From: Octopus sinensis
Lineage: Eukaryota
Assembly: GCF_006345805.1 (NCBI RefSeq)
Contig: NC_042999.1
Span: 88,288,001-88,352,000, forward strand
Reading direction: 5' to 3'
Length of the DNA: 64,000 bases
Shown here: positions 37,013 to 52,660 of the stretch, one piece after another
Layout of the letters: the number at the start of each line of letters is the position of its first letter
How positions within the stretch are numbered: the stretch's first letter is position 1
Notes under the pieces: model-generated
What the model saw: the letters and a program-made list of their open reading frames with translations, nothing else
Told to the model about the DNA's origin: nothing
Database searches by the model: none
Program-made: the position numbers and the translations under genes

Positions 37013-38944
37013 TACTTCCACACTGCATGCAAAGTTAAAATTATACTTCTACACTTTTCATGGAAAGTTGAAAGTTACTGACATATTTTACATGTAAATT
37101 TACAAATAAACTGTGTTTTGAAGTTAAAAATACAAAAAATAAATTAGTTTACCTTGTTTGATTAATTACAGTTGTGTATAACAAAACATAACTTGTTTTG
37201 AAGATACTCAGCTATTTGTATCAATTTTCATGTCTTAAATGATATTCTTGAAAATCTACTGCACACCTAAATTCCTTTTGAATATTACCATTGCACAACT
37301 ATGCATCATTGCATAGCAGTGTACCATCACACTGAATTGAACCAATGTAGTCAGGCACATCATTTGAAAACCTCTATAGTGTCTCTTGACAGTATCTTAG
37401 CACTGATGGAAAAAATGAGACTGTCACTCTCCCTTAACAAATGTTTGTAAGTTCTCTATTCACAGAAGTATCATGTGCCAAAGATATATGAAAATGATAT
37501 AAATATTAGTATAATGTTATTACATATATAGTCTAATCACTTAGTATTAATGCAACATTGATCTCAAAGGAGGTGAATATAATTAATGATTAACAATGAT
37601 TGAAGGGTGATCAATGATACATATGAGTTAGATGGAAGGCAGGGGAGAGAAGGTGATGACCGGCAGTGCAGAAATGGAGATGATGTGTAGGTGCATAGGT
37701 TTCAAGCATGTAGGGGAAGAGATAGATGTAGTATGGGGAGAGAGAGTGATTTATTGCACTGGGGAGAGAGAGAGAGAGAGAGAGGGGAGAGAGAGAGAGA
37801 AAGAGATAATTTGGTTGGTAGAACAGAAGAGTGATCAATGTAAAATGTGAGTGGAGGGAGACAATGATGAGAATGAAGGATGAATGTGAAGTGTAGTGGT
37901 TCTGTATAGTGAGAAATACAACTCATCTCATAGAAACAGATAATGATGAAAAATGTAGTTCTGCATTCTGCTTTCAATTAATTACAGCAGCAGATATGTG
38001 CGAATATATGTCCCCACCCCACTCTCTCTCTCTCTCACACACACACATACACAAATATATACTGATGCATTGGCAGTGTTTATCTACTAAATTTCAGTCA
38101 CAAGGTATTGCTCACCCTGAAGTTAGTACAGAAATACTTGCTCATGGCTCTGCACAAAAATGAGGTACAATCTCATATCAGGGGACTTCCAGACAAGATC
38201 TTTGACTATGCAGCGATGCCTGGTAAAATTATCAAAAGTAATTCAAAGATGATTAATTTTATGAACGAAATGCGACATTTGTTTATATCATGCCTCAATT
38301 CACTTCTATACATTTTAAACATTTAACAGAACCATGAGGAATACAGATTCACATGGGATTGTGTTTTGAATAATAACACTCAATAACTGTTGGTACGTAA
38401 AATGCACCCTTCAAACATTGGGCCTCGCAGAGGCAATGATAAGCAACTGAGATCTTTGGCAATATGCTGTGCTTGAGAAAACCTTTCAAGCCGAGTGAAA
38501 TCGCAGTTGTGATTGATGTTGGTGTTATGTAACCGGTACCCATGTAGGGGGCACATAAAAAGCACCCATTACACTCTTGGAGTGGCTGGTGTTAGGAAGG
38601 GCATCCAGCCATAGAAACCATGCCAAATCAGATTGGAACCTGGTGCAGCTCTTCAACTTACCAGCTTTCTAACCCATGCTGGCATGGAAAACAAATGCTA
38701 AATGATGATGAGGATAATGATGATGATGATGATGGGTGTTGTTTGCTTGAGGGTATGTTAATGTTAGACCACCTTAAAGTTTGCTACTTATGCAATGAAA
38801 GCAGCTTTATTTCATTTGAATTTCATAAATATTAGTGAAAATAAGTTTTATAGGCTACAAATCAGAAATTTAAAAAAACATTAAGAGGTAATATGATAAA
38901 TTTGTCATGTAATGCAGACTGGACATGAAGGAGTTATCATATTT

Positions 38945-39350
38945 CTTATCTTTTGCTTGCTTCAATCATTAGACTGTGACCATGCTGGGGCAACACCTTG
39001 AAGAATTTTAGTAGAATAAATTGACTCCAGTATGTATTTTTTTTTTAAGCCTAGTACTTATTTTATCAGTCTCTTTCTGCTTAATTACTAAGTTATGGTG
39101 ACACAAACACTGGTTTCAAACCAAGGTGGAGGACAAACACAGACAGAAACACATGCGCGCGCGCACACTCGCACACACACACACATGCATGCATACACAC
39201 AGACACACATGACAGGATTCTTTCAGTTTCTGCCTACCAAATCTCCTCACAGTGGATAGAAGACACTTAACAAAGGTATCACACAGTAAGACTGAATCTG
39301 GAACCATATGGTTGGGAATCAAGTTTCTCACCACACAGCTACACCTGTGT
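38945..39350 (-). mobile_element. Older family 1 SINE copy
   Basis: Same head, body and tail as 27785-28185, more diverged. Confidence 0.7.
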
Positions 39351-42300
39351 CTATACATGTAGATATCTGATTATCTAAGTCAAATGTGTTGGTTTTAAAA
39401 ACTCAAAATCATCCTAGTAATTGTTATATCAGTGTTTAAGAAAAGAAAAATTAAAGTGTAGCTCCAACATTGCCTTGGTTGCGATGTCTAGAAAAAACTA
39501 AAGAACATTATGTGAATAGTGCAATCAGTGTGAGTTCAATAAGAATAAAGGGAAACAATGTAGGAACGAACTGTCTTTTTAAGTGTATTGTTTTGATGGA
39601 CAAAATGGAAACCGAAGGACATACAGCTTCAATATGGATGAAGCAGGGGTTTACCATGTTTATCCAGAGTATCCTGGGTAGTATAGTAGCAAACATGTAA
39701 ATACTAAAAAAATTTAGAAACAAGAATCAAATTTAATCATATGATATCTGGTCTGTGTTTTTTTTTTTTTTCTGCAGATGCATAAACTTTTCTACCAATC
39801 CAATATGTACACACACTTTTAGAATGAACAAAATGGCTGTATGATAAGTGAAATAACTCTGATAATTTGTTATTCTGTAAATGCATTGTAGCAAAATACA
39901 AATTAAGCAAAGACCTTTTTATGATTTAATATCATTAATATATTATATGATTTGAATAAAGTGCAAATATAGCCTTCAGTCATAGGTGTATATTGGATTT
40001 CCTTAGTAAATTATAGTAATAAGCAATACACAGTATCTATAGCATAATTTTTTTTTCTGAGTGTGGTGTGGAGGTATTTTTTAGCAAAGTGCAACTGTAT
40101 GATGTGTGAGTATGAGAAGTAGTCTCCTAAATGTCTGAGATATATCAAAATTCAACATTTTCTAATATATATTATTAAGCATCCCTACAGAAAACCTAAG
40201 AAGGTAAAAACTAATAGATCAACCAAAGATGTATCAATTTGAAGTAAAAAGAGAAAATATACAATAGAAACTAGTAGCTGCTATTAGTCTCAGAAGATGC
40301 TTGCATGAATGAGAAGAAAATTAATTCTACTTGCAGTGTAAGTCTCTTATTCAAATAATAAGCTGTTGGTAAATAAAGGCTTTTGTGCCAGCAAAGTGTG
40401 TTCTACATACTAATTTAATCTCAAACGAAGTAGATACATCATGACTTTAACAAGAGGTAATTACTTAACTTCTGTCAATATCTTATAGCAAATTCCCAAT
40501 CTGTCTTGTAGAGAGAACTCTTCGATACAGATTTATCTGACTTTTGCAAGGTCACTTTACCAACAACAATTATCATTTATCTTAATCATAAGTCCAGGGT
40601 AGATTTCTAATTAGAAAATATCTTCTGGTTTTACTTTAGAGACATGAAATGAATTTGTTGAACACAAAATGCAAACAAATACAAACTGTAATATCAATTC
40701 ATGCAAAGTAAGAAGCTTCAGGAAATGCTACATGAAGAATTATAGCTTAGAATTCTTTGAATCTTTATTACTTTGAAACTTAAGTTAACTGAAACAATCA
40801 TTTCCCATCAATCTGGCATTCAAGAGATTGGATTAAAAAGAATCAAAATTATCTTATGAAATGCTAACCATTAATCATCATTATTTTTATTTGATGGCAG
40901 CAGCAAGGACATGGAAATTAAATAACTAATTAACAAAAAACATATAGAGTAAACCAACAAATAGTTTGATGCCAGCAGCAATCAGTAATTTCAAAGTTTT
41001 CCTAAATGTAAGCTGTTAATTATCAAAAATAGACAGTTCTCAGGGCAAAATATAATTAAACTAACTAAAAAGAATCGGTTTAAATAACATTTTTTTGCAT
41101 AAAAAATTATTTTAAAGTCATTTTAGTGAAGCTGTACTCAAAAGGTATCGCATGCCACATCAGAGCAAGACTGGCACACTACAATTATAACCTGAAAATT
41201 CTGCTAATATTAGACAGGAAAATGAGTTGCAGCAGGTCAGGGTTATATAGCATATACAGTCAAGGGTTTATAATTTCTTGAAAGTTTTCGTTTTCCTGTT
41301 GTATCATTATCCTGTTGAAACCAGTTTGTATATTAGATAGAATAGACATAAACATAATAGGCTATGTTGTTATGAAGTTTTTTCTCAGCCACATAGTTTT
41401 GGGTTCAGTCCCACTTCATGGCATCTTGGGCATGTGTTTTCTATTATTGCCCTTGATTGACCAAAAGTCTTGGAAGTGGATTCGGTTGGTGAAAACTAAA
41501 AGAGACCTGTCATATATGTATGTGAATGCATGTATATATAGGTGTGTGTGTGTTACTGTCTCCTTATCTTGACCTTGTACCATAGTTGTTATGAGTGTCA
41601 TCATTATACAAGTGGTATCCATTGTCTCCACTATTCTATACAAACCAGTACAGGTATGAGGAAATATTATCTTGCTTGGAAGCAAATGAGAGTTGGTGAC
41701 AGTAAGGGTAACTGGCCATGCAAAATCTGCCTCAATAAATTCCATCTGCTCCATATAAGCACAGAAAAGGAAACATTAAATGAGGATGATGATGATGATG
41801 AAATGGTTAAGATGAAAATTTCACCTGGATATATAACTATGGTAGTACAGAATGTATTTGTTTCAAACTTTGTTACAAGGCCAGCAGAAATTTTAGGGGA
41901 AAGGAGATGATTGATTACATTGACCTCAGTACTTGACTGGTACTTTATTTTATCAACTCCAAAAGAATGAAAGGCAAGGTAGGTGGATGTAGACTCAAAA
42001 TGGAAAGAGCTGGAACAACATGCTGAAAACTCTGCCAGCTTGCTAGCACAAGTAATCTCCTCACAAAGTGATTGATTTACCCTACATTCTGTGTTTAAAT
42101 CTGACCAGGAGTGATTGTGGCTTTCCAACAACTTGAAAGTACAACTTGAGAGTACAAAAACTAAGGGCCATTAACCTGCTAATCAACATAATCAGCCAAA
42201 AATTGGTTGTGTAAAAAGAAATCAATATTTATATATTGATAATTGGCTTTTAAACTGGAAATAAAATATTGTGTGCAAAAATAAATTTAAATTTGTTTTC

Positions 42301-43130
42301 TTTTTATTTACCCTATTTTTGTTCCACTCTTTTGTTTTTGCTTTTTTTTTATTGTTAAGCTTTCAATTTGCCTTTATGTTAATATTTGGGTAATGTCCAG
42401 CCACCCCCATCAACTATATTGTAACAGGAGGCAGAATAAAACCTTTACTGAAATAAAGCTAAAAGATATTGAATGCACAGTAAGATACTGAGAGACAGAC
42501 ATTATTTTAATGTAGTTTTGATTGCTTTAATAACACCTAAGTATTGAAGCTGTCTAGAATTATGTGGCAACGATCAAATTTGGGATAATACCAGAAAATT
42601 TCAACTTCCTGAAAATATCAAATTACATTTGAAACTAGAAGTCCCCCCAAAATTTGACACCAAAGGTTTTAATTAAAATGTACCGAACAAGATATGAATA
42701 TTATTAAAGATGAAGTATAAATTGAAATGGCAGAAAATCTAAAAACCATTCGCAATCAGATAATTGCTGTCTTCACTAAGTGTGATGGTAGAAAGCTAGT
42801 GTTCAAAGATTAATATAGAAGTTGTAGAGAAATTGATGCAATTATCTGCCATAATGATTTGATCCTTTTATGCTCGCAGTAAATGTGATAAAATTGCCTC
42901 TTCCTCAGATATAGCTGACAACAACAACTTTATTGAATTAACATGCTTGCATCTCTTCTAACATTTATCTCTAATCTCTACTTGTCAATTATTTTTCAAT
43001 TATCTTCTTTCAATGCCTCAATTTTTAGAATCTATATAATTTTAGTATTTAAATGCAAAATGTGTTATTTCTATTCAGTGCAGTGCAGATATTTGAACCC
43101 ACGCATGCAAATGCATGTTAATATATGTGC

Positions 43131-43178
<48 letters not shown>

Positions 43179-43241
43179 CTATACCTGTATGTATATATGT
43201 GTGTGTCTGTGTCTGTGCGTGTGTATATATTTATACATACA

Positions 43242-43277
<36 letters not shown>

Positions 43278-44057
43278 TACACATGGGTCATCTCAGTCTG
43301 AGTTCTTATTCAGTGTTACTACCTTCCAAGACATATCTGATGACCACATCTCATGCATATATTTCACTCATACATCACAGTCATACGTCTCACTATGGGT
43401 ATGATTTCTACACCTGGCTGCTTTTAGTAACACCAATTGCTTCACAGAAAGTACAAAGTGCATTTTCTCTTGGCACCAGATCCAGTGAAGTTGTCATGCC
43501 CTTGACAGTTCTATAATGTCTCTATTTGATTTTGCCAACTGTTTTACAGAGTGTGCAGGAGGCATTTTATCATGACACCTACTCTCATGAAGCCACCTTG
43601 TAACTCACAAGACTATAAAGGCCCCACTATTCTGAAAGGGAAAATAGAGTAGAGGAGGGAGATGACATAAGCTGAGCTGAAGGTGAGATGTTGAGGATGG
43701 CTAAAGTATAAGAGAAGGAACAGCTTTATTGGCGTAAGAGAGTAGTAGTGAGAAAAGTAACAAGAGAGACAGTGATGAGGGTGTGGTGGAAGGGAAACAA
43801 TAGTGCTAAGTATAAGTGGGAGAGAAAAGGAAGAAGAGACAATGATAAGGATATTAGAAAGGAGCAAGAGAGGGAAGGTCCTATGAGCTGATGCTTGATA
43901 GGAAGAGAGAAAATGTGGGGATTGCTAAGGAAGCAGAGCAGCCATGAGGAGTTGATCGGTGAAGGAACGGGAGGCAGAAGGGAGTTGCAGAGACAGGTAG
44001 ATGTGGTGGAAGAATGTTACAAGAGTATCGCAGCTACTTTCAGTACCACTGTTTTAA

Positions 44058-44278
44058 CCCTTTAGCATTCAGATTTCTCAGTCAAATGTAATGCTTATTT
44101 ATTCACATCAATAAAAATTTGCTATGCATTACTTTGTAGCTTTGAGATTTCAATGACGTAATTGTCTAATTTTAGAATAAAATTGTAAAGTAAGTGTGAG
44201 AGATTGGAGCTGGCCAGTTTGAAGATAAAAACAGGTAGATTATTTTGGCTGGATATGGTTGGTTTAGATGCTAAAGTG
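44058..44278 (+). mobile_element. piggyBac-type MITE
   Basis: TTAA|CCCTTTAGCAT ... ATGCTAAAGTG|TTAA (TTAA target duplication and short TIR). Confidence 0.8.
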
Positions 44279-45056
44279 TTAAACATTCTCTTTGCTTTCC
44301 TTGCCCAAAAGTACAGGTCTTCTCCTATACTACAGGTTGTCAATCAACACAGTCTTTCATTGTCTCCTTGGGATCAATTTCATCTTTGGTTTTCCTCTTT
44401 CACAAATTCCATTCCCTTTGGGCACTCAACACTTCTTTACACACTTGTCTTCTTCCATAAGCATCATATGGTTGTACTAGTACAATCATCTTGTACACTG
44501 CATCTTATTCCTCTTATGTTTAGTTTTCTCTCAAATCATTTGTTGTCCAACATTCATAATGACAATTACTACACATTCTGTGGAGCATATGTATTTTATT
44601 TCTTCCAAATCTTCCATAGCCATAATCCTCATCTTCATCATATTACCATTATATATATATATATATAACAAGGGATACATCTAAACTAGTTATGCAGTAA
44701 CCCATCCATGAAGGATTGATGCTGGATGGATTGAAGTGATTGTAGTGATCAATAAAGATTCTTGTATCTTCCATCTTCCATCTGTGTAATTACACACACA
44801 CATATACACTCACACACTTATATATACACACATATACATACACACACATATACACACACAAACACATCATGATTTCACTTAAGCATAGCAACCTACTTTT
44901 AGAAATTAATATACATATTCAATATTCTAAGCCTATCCATGTCATACTACACTGGTTACTTGAGTAGAGTATGGTACAAATTCTGAGCCCAATCTTTGGT
45001 TATGTGTTGAACTTCACAATGCCATTATTTGTTATATATATATATATATATATATA

Positions 45057-45368
45057 TGGTCGGACATTTATTTTCAATCACTACAATTTTTTCTACACAA
45101 TGTAGTTCTCCAGGTGTCCAGGTACATGCTAATGCAACCATTTCCCTGCATTATTAGATCTAGTTGTGTTTCTTCAGGCAATATGTAAATATTAGCTCTG
45201 TGAGTTGAAATTCTTGGCTTCAAGAGCATCCTCTCTCAGAGAATCACTTGAGGAAACAGAACTAGATCCCATAATGCAAGGAAACATTTGCATAATCAAG
45301 TACTTGCACATCTGGAGAACTATGTTGCATAGAAACAATTGTAGTGATTGAAAGAAAATGTCCAACTG
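45057..45368. mobile_element. Tc1/mariner-type fold-back MITE, 312 bp, with ~120-bp TIRs
   Basis: TA|TGGTCGGACATTTATTTTCAATCACTACAATT... pairs with ...AATTGTAGTGATTGAAAGAAAATGTCCAACTG|TA. TA flanks on both sides. Confidence 0.85.
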
Positions 45369-46650
45369 TACTCCTCTGTGACTCCAAATTTTTTCAATTA
45401 TATATATATGTATATATATCTAAAGCAATTCAGGAGCCAAGAGTGCATGCATTTGTAATACATAAATGATAAATAGCTGTCTGTCTCTTCTGCTCTTCCA
45501 CGTTTTCTTTTGTTTTTCACACCACAGAAGACAGAGCATTATGTTTTTCAGCATTAAGAAACTATTTCATGTATAGTTAAAAACCATTTCTGCTTTTTTG
45601 CTTCCTGATATTTTTAATTCACCTTGGTCATTACATTAAAATTTTCTGAGATACCAATACACTTTAGATTTACTAAATTTTGACACAAGTTTTAATTTCT
45701 ATTTTCATTCCCCTATTTATAGTCCGACTAAAAAATATTCAAATCTGGTGTGATTATTTACTTTTTTGATTTTTGTTCAGAGAATATAAAAAGCGCAATA
45801 ATCAAAATTGGAATAGTCTGCTATTCAAACTGCAAAACAAGTAGAAATCCAACAGGAATCATAGAAAAATATCAAAAATATAACAAAGAAAGTTTTATTC
45901 CCAAAATTATTAGAATAATTTTGAAATGGTTTAAACAAAATTTTAAAAATAAAGAAAATTGTAATCATTATTTTTTGCTATAATATTTCAGAATAATTGA
46001 GAGTTAAGAAAGAGAGAAATGTTGTAACATTTGGAAGGTAGTCTAAAAATGGGAATATGAGACAGAGTTACAATAGATTCCTATTCTAGACAAAAATGAT
46101 ATAAAACTGGAAATGAAAGTAGTGTTTTTAATTATCAATCAGAATGAGACTTAGAATGTCATGACACCTGCTTCTCTTCATCAGACGTAATCTGTGCGTG
46201 TTTGTGTGTCTGTGTATGCTATGTATGTGTGTGTGTGTGTGTGTGTATGTCTGTGTGTGCATGTGTGTGTGCATGTATGTATATATGTGTGTGTGTGAAA
46301 ATTCCTGGCATTGAAAGATAAATCTGAAATGCCTGTAATAGACTTTCACATCTGGCAGTAAAGTATTTCAAAGTTTGCTGTTTTGCGGGTGTATGGAAGG
46401 TGCATTCCTCTCTACAAAGCTGCAAGCTGCAATGTTTTAAATGTGCATCATCATCATACAAGTGAGGTTACTTCTTTCCAGTCTCCCATGAAAAACATGT
46501 CTTGCCATGGGGAAATATAGCCATACCTGGAAACAAATGAGAGTTGATGATAGGAATGGCATCTAGCCATAGAAAAATCAATCTCCAAATTTTGACTGAC
46601 CCGTGCAAGCATGGAAAAATGGACATTGAAATGATGATGATGGTCTAAAT

Positions 46651-47312
46651 ATAGGCGCAAGCATGGCTATGTGTTTAAGAATTTCTTTTCCTTCTTTAAG
46701 TTATTTTACGTTCAGCTTTACTGCACAGCCTCTTGGACAAATGTCTTATACTATAATACCAGGCCTGCCTAAATCTTGTGAGTGGAATTGAGTAGAAGCC
46801 CATCAAATATATATATCATCATTTTCATCATCATCATCATCATCATCATTTATCATCTGCTTTCCATGCTAGCATGGGTTAGATGGTTTGACTGGAACTG
46901 GTAAGGTGGAGAGCTGCACCGGGTTCCAGTCTGATTTGGCATGGTTTCTATGGTTGGATGCTCTTCCTAATGCCAATCACTCCAAGAGTGTAATGGGTGC
47001 CTTTTACATGCCACCAGCATGGTACCAGCAACAGCCATGACTACTATTTCACAGGTGACATATATACACACACACATGTATATGCATAATGTACATATAT
47101 GTATGTACATGTGAGTGTGTGCATGCCTTTGTGTTTGTCACCTCGCCACTTGACAAATATTAGCTTGTTTATGTCATCATAAATGGGCAATTTGACTAAG
47201 GAGACTGGTAGAAACACAATTATTGTGGTTGTTTTGCTCAACTAAACCCCATCTAGGAGGTGCTTCTGTATGGCTGCTGTCCAGTGACAGAAATGAGTAA
47301 TAAAATAAAAGA
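46651..47312 (+). mobile_element. Family 1 SINE interrupted by an antisense RTE 3' UTR
   Basis: SINE head at about 46651-46805, RTE UTR (-) at about 46825-47040, SINE tail at about 47125-47312. Confidence 0.65.
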
Positions 47313-47324
47313 ACTGATGTTTAA

Positions 47325-47912
47325 TACATAAATATTGGTTTCAAAGTTTGGCACAGGGTTAGTAATTTTGGAGGAAGGGATGAGTTGATTACATCGACCC
47401 CAGTGTTGAACTGATACTTATTTTATCAACCCCAAAAGGATGAAAGGCACAGTCGACCATTGCAGAATTTGAACTTACAACATAAAAATGTCACTAAGCA
47501 TTTTAGCCAGTGTGCTAAACTTAACATATAATATTGGTTTCAGATTTTGGCACAAGACCAGCAAGCGTGGGTAGAGAAGTTAAGCTGATCACATTTGTCC
47601 CCAGTGCTCAACTGGTACTTATTTTTTTGGACCCTGAAAGGATGAAAGGCAAAGTTGAACTCAGCAAAATTTGAACTCAGAATGTAAAGATTCAACACTC
47701 GGAAGGGCAACCAACCATACAAACTATGCTAAATCAGATTGGAACTTGGTACAGCTCTCCAGCTTACCAGTTTCATTCAACCCATATAACCCATGCCAGC
47801 ATGGAAAACAGACGCTAAATGATGATGATGATGATGATGATGATGATGTAAAGATGGACAATATGTTGCTAAGCATTTTGCCCTGCATGCTAAACTTAAC
47901 ATATAAATATTA
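47325..47912 (-). mobile_element. Tandemly duplicated family 2 SINE; the second copy carries an RTE 3'-end insertion
   Basis: Both copies end at the same GCTAAAC|TTAACATATA junction. The insertion at 47692-47845 is flanked by ATGTAAAGAT at 47682-47691 and 47846-47855. Confidence 0.75.
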
Positions 47913-48949
47913 ATAACAAAAAAACAAAAAAACATCCAACTCTATGTAAATACCTAAGGTAACTCTTTTAGATAGGAAAAATGAGTTTGTTCAATGCTGG
48001 TTGTTTAATGGGTTTGTTTAATGCATTATCAAAGCTGATTAAGATTAAACCCAGAACTGAAATTAGATTGAGGATCCAGCTCAGTGAGAGCCTACCACTA
48101 AAGTTTCTTGATTTCATAAAGACATTATTTCTTGGTTATGTTATCTTTTTCATTTCTTTGCTTATTCAGTATATTATTCTGCAATAAATGTGCAGACATA
48201 ACTATGTGATTAGTAGCTTGCTTTCCAGCCACATGATTTGGGGTTACAAAGTGATCAAGCAACCTTTTGTATATAAGTGTGTGTGAGACTCTGTGTGTGT
48301 ATGTGCGTGCGTGTGTGTGTGTGCAGTTGTATATGTGTGAGACTGTGTGTGTGACAGTATGTATGGTTGTGTGTGTGTATGCATGTGTATGTGTGTGCAT
48401 GTGTGTGTGTGTCTGTGTGTCTGTGTGTGTGTGTACATGTGTGTGACTGTTCATGTGTGTGTCATAGTCTCCATGCTAGTGGTGTCATGTGTTTACATCT
48501 TCCCCGAAAATGTCTGGTCATGGGGAAATATTACTAACTTGGAAACAGGTGAGGGTTGGCAACAGGAAGGGCATTTGGCCATAGAAAATCCACCTCAACA
48601 TACTCCATCTCACCTGTGTAAGCATGGAAAATATGCATTAAAATGATGATGATGATGACGACGACAACGACGATGACGGCGATGATCATGATAATGATTT
48701 TACAGTAAAGATTGTACATAAATTATATTTAACCTCAGAATGTTTTCTTTCAAAGTATTTAGAAATAGATATAGATTATTCAACATTGTGGTGATATGCT
48801 AAAGCTATGTTGCAAGAATACAGTTAATGTTAGCAGCACAGAATACCTAATTCTGTAACAAACAACTCACTCAATATTCTTTCTTTTGATATTTATTGAA
48901 ATACTTCATGTTTGATATTGCTTAAGAGAAATGTTCTTCATTTGATTTT

Positions 48950-48983
<34 letters not shown>

Positions 48984-49018
48984 TAATAAATGAATAATAT
49001 ATTAATAATATATATATG

Positions 49019-49054
<36 letters not shown>

Positions 49055-49313
49055 TATGTATTTCTGTGTCTGTGTTTGTCCCCCTACCACCACCATTGCT
49101 TGACAACTGATATTGGTGTGTTTATGTCCCTGTAAATTAGCTGTTTGGCAAAAGAGACCAATGAAATAAGTACTAGGCTTACAAAGAATAAATCCTGGGG
49201 TCTATTTGTTTGACTAAAGGCAGTGCTCCAGCATGGCCACAGTCAAAATGACTGAAACAAGTGAAAGAATAAAAGAGCATATATGTACACACACAAGCAC
49301 ACACACACGCATG

Positions 49314-49352
<39 letters not shown>

Positions 49353-50458
49353 ACACACACATACACACACACACATATATATATATGGTCCTTAAAAGAA
49401 AAAGATGTCAGCTATAATATCCATTGAAAGATCTTAGCCAAGTGTAAGCCTTATACCAACAGCAGTGGGAAGAATGGCCTTTGTGATATGGAAAGATGGC
49501 TCTTCTGGAAAAGCAGCTTAGACCCCTCTACATGTCTAAATTCAAGAACTAAACTTTTGGGATAATGTCCACATATGGCTAAATATTTGTTACGTTTTTG
49601 GTCCCCACAAGATCACAGATAGAATCTTAGAACCTGCTTTTTATATTGTGTCCACGTACAAGCATTTCATTTCTTATATATATATTTTTATATTTTTACA
49701 TATTTTTATATATTTTTTATATATTTTATTGCTTTATAATTTTTTTCTGTACATTACCTTTCACCTTGCATATTTGTGCATGTGCATATAGGGATATGTA
49801 TATGAACATAATTGTGCATGTATGGGTATATATATGTATGTGTGTGTGTGCATGTGTGTGGTACGTATATGTGTACATGTGTATGGATGCATATATATAT
49901 GTATACATATAGGTGTGTGTGTGGGTGTGCATGTATGTGTTTCACGTGAGTGTGAGTGAGCATATGCATATATGCACATGCATGCGGGGTGCATGCACAT
50001 GTGTGTATGTATGTACATGTGCACATATGCAGATTCTATGAGTGTGGGTTTACCTTCTTCAAGTATTTTTACTTTCTCCCTATTCAGGTAATTCCCTGTA
50101 TTTAACTGTTATTCTCATAGCTCTTTTGTTTATCTTAATAACGGTCATCTTCATAGTAATTTCCCTTTATTTAATAGTCCTTTTCACAGCATTTTTGTTT
50201 GTCTTAATAACTGACGAGATGCTGGAGTAGAATTTCACCCTGACATCCAAAACTCAGAGTTTTATTATGGCAACTGACTAATTGTTACATATTATATTAT
50301 ACTCGTATTATAGATAAATTCCTCTAGTTACATAATATTGAGGTCTCATTCATTCTTTTATTGTCATATTATTATTATTAATATATATATATATATGCAT
50401 ATATATATACACACACACACACATATATACAATGACATGATATATATATATTTATATA

Positions 50459-51359
50459 TGAGATGTAGTGGAAACGCATCCGACCTTGATTATTTTTGCT
50501 CAAAATAATAATATGTGAGTAAAACCCACATGGGTATTAAGTAGTTGCGTTCTTTCTGAGTAAGTGCAAAATTTTTGTGTCTATAGGTTGTGCCATTCAC
50601 CCGCAGTGACGTGTTGCATACAGATGTGAAGAGTGTGGTGTGTGATTTTCCTATTTGAGCGAAGATGACAACCAAGTGCATTGAACAAAGACATTGTATC
50701 AAATTCTGCCAAAAACGTGGTGATACATAAGCTCTGACTATTGAGAAGATTCAGAAGGTCTTTGGAGATGATGCTATGGAAAATACACAAATAAAGGAGT
50801 GGGATAAATAAAGATGTGGTCAAAGATGGTCACACCTCAGTGGACAGTGAGTTACATTGTGGTAGACTATCCAATGGTGGAAATGACAAAATGATTGCAA
50901 AGGTTTGAGGAATAGTCTATAAAGACCATTGTGTGGCTACTGAAGAGATTGTTGACAAAGTTGGAATCAGCCATGGGCCCGTTCAGTTAGTTCATTCTAC
51001 CTACATCATCCAAGCATTCCACATCAAGCGCAAAACACACCACTTGTTCATCAGGTTTCTTACTCCCCAGGCTTTTCTCCAATATGACTTTTGGCTATTC
51101 CCAAAGCTCAAAATAAAAAAAAAACACTCAAAGGGAGAAGATTTAAGTCAACAGAGGACATTAAGTAAAATTTGATAGCACAGCTCTACAGCATCTCAAA
51201 AAGTAATTTCCAAAAATATTTCTTGAAGTGGTAGGAACACTGGCAGAAGTGTGTGGATTCCCAAGGCAAATACTTTGAAAGAGACTAAATAGAAGTGGTG
51301 AGTTTTTTAATATAAATTGCCTTTGGGCCAAAGTTTGGATACTTTTTAACTACACCTTA
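50459..51359 (+). mobile_element. Internally deleted mariner element (second family)
   Basis: MTTKCIEQRHCIKFCQKRGDT*ALTIEKIQKVFGDDAM...KDGHTSVDSELHCGRLS, then a jump to DFWLFPKLK and W.KCVDSQGKYFERD. Decayed TIRs TGAGATGTAGTGGAAACGCATCCG / TTGGATACTTTTTAACTACACCTTA with TA flanks. Confidence 0.85.
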
Positions 51360-52090
<731 letters not shown>

Positions 52091-52204
52091 ATGTATATTG
52101 TGTGTGTGTGTTTATGTATGTATCTATGTATTGCTACTTGTTCCTACTTTTGTAAAATGTGTATAGCACTAAAAGAGTTAACTTATAAGAAAGAAACTGT
52201 TGGT

Positions 52205-52205
52205 T

Positions 52206-52267
<62 letters not shown>

Positions 52268-52342
52268 GGTGGTGGTGGTGGTTGTGGTGGTGGTGGTGGT
52301 GGTGGTGGTGGCGGCGGCAGTGGCGGTGGCGGTGGTGATGGT
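52205..52342. repeat. Graded trinucleotide tract (GTA)n-(GTG)n-(GCG/GTG)n
   Basis: Direct reading. Confidence 0.95.
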
Positions 52343-52479
52343 GGAGACAGTGCTGCCAGTTTTTATGGTTGTGGTGGTAGAGGACACAGTGTCAGTAGCA
52401 TTTAGGTTCAGAATGGTGAATGGAGAAAGATACAGAGTGAGAGAAAGAGAGAGGGGAAAAGAGAGAAAGAGACAGAGAA

Positions 52480-52622
52480 TAAAAGAGAGAATTTCTGACG
52501 AAGAGCTCCGATCAAAACATGAAATCCTTCTTTTTTCTTTCTTTGCCTGAGCATCCAATAACACTGTACTTATTCCACATCCTTGCATTGTTGTGTTTTC
52601 TCTTTGTTCATGTTTGGATTAA
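52480..52622 (+). mobile_element. Decayed Penelope-like terminal repeat (same family as 63735-63925)
   Basis: TTCTGACGAAGAGCTCCGATCAAAACATGAAATCC...CCTGAGCATCCAATAAC...GTTTGGATTAACT, then (TA)n. Confidence 0.55.
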
Positions 52623-52623
52623 C

Positions 52624-52660
<37 letters not shown>

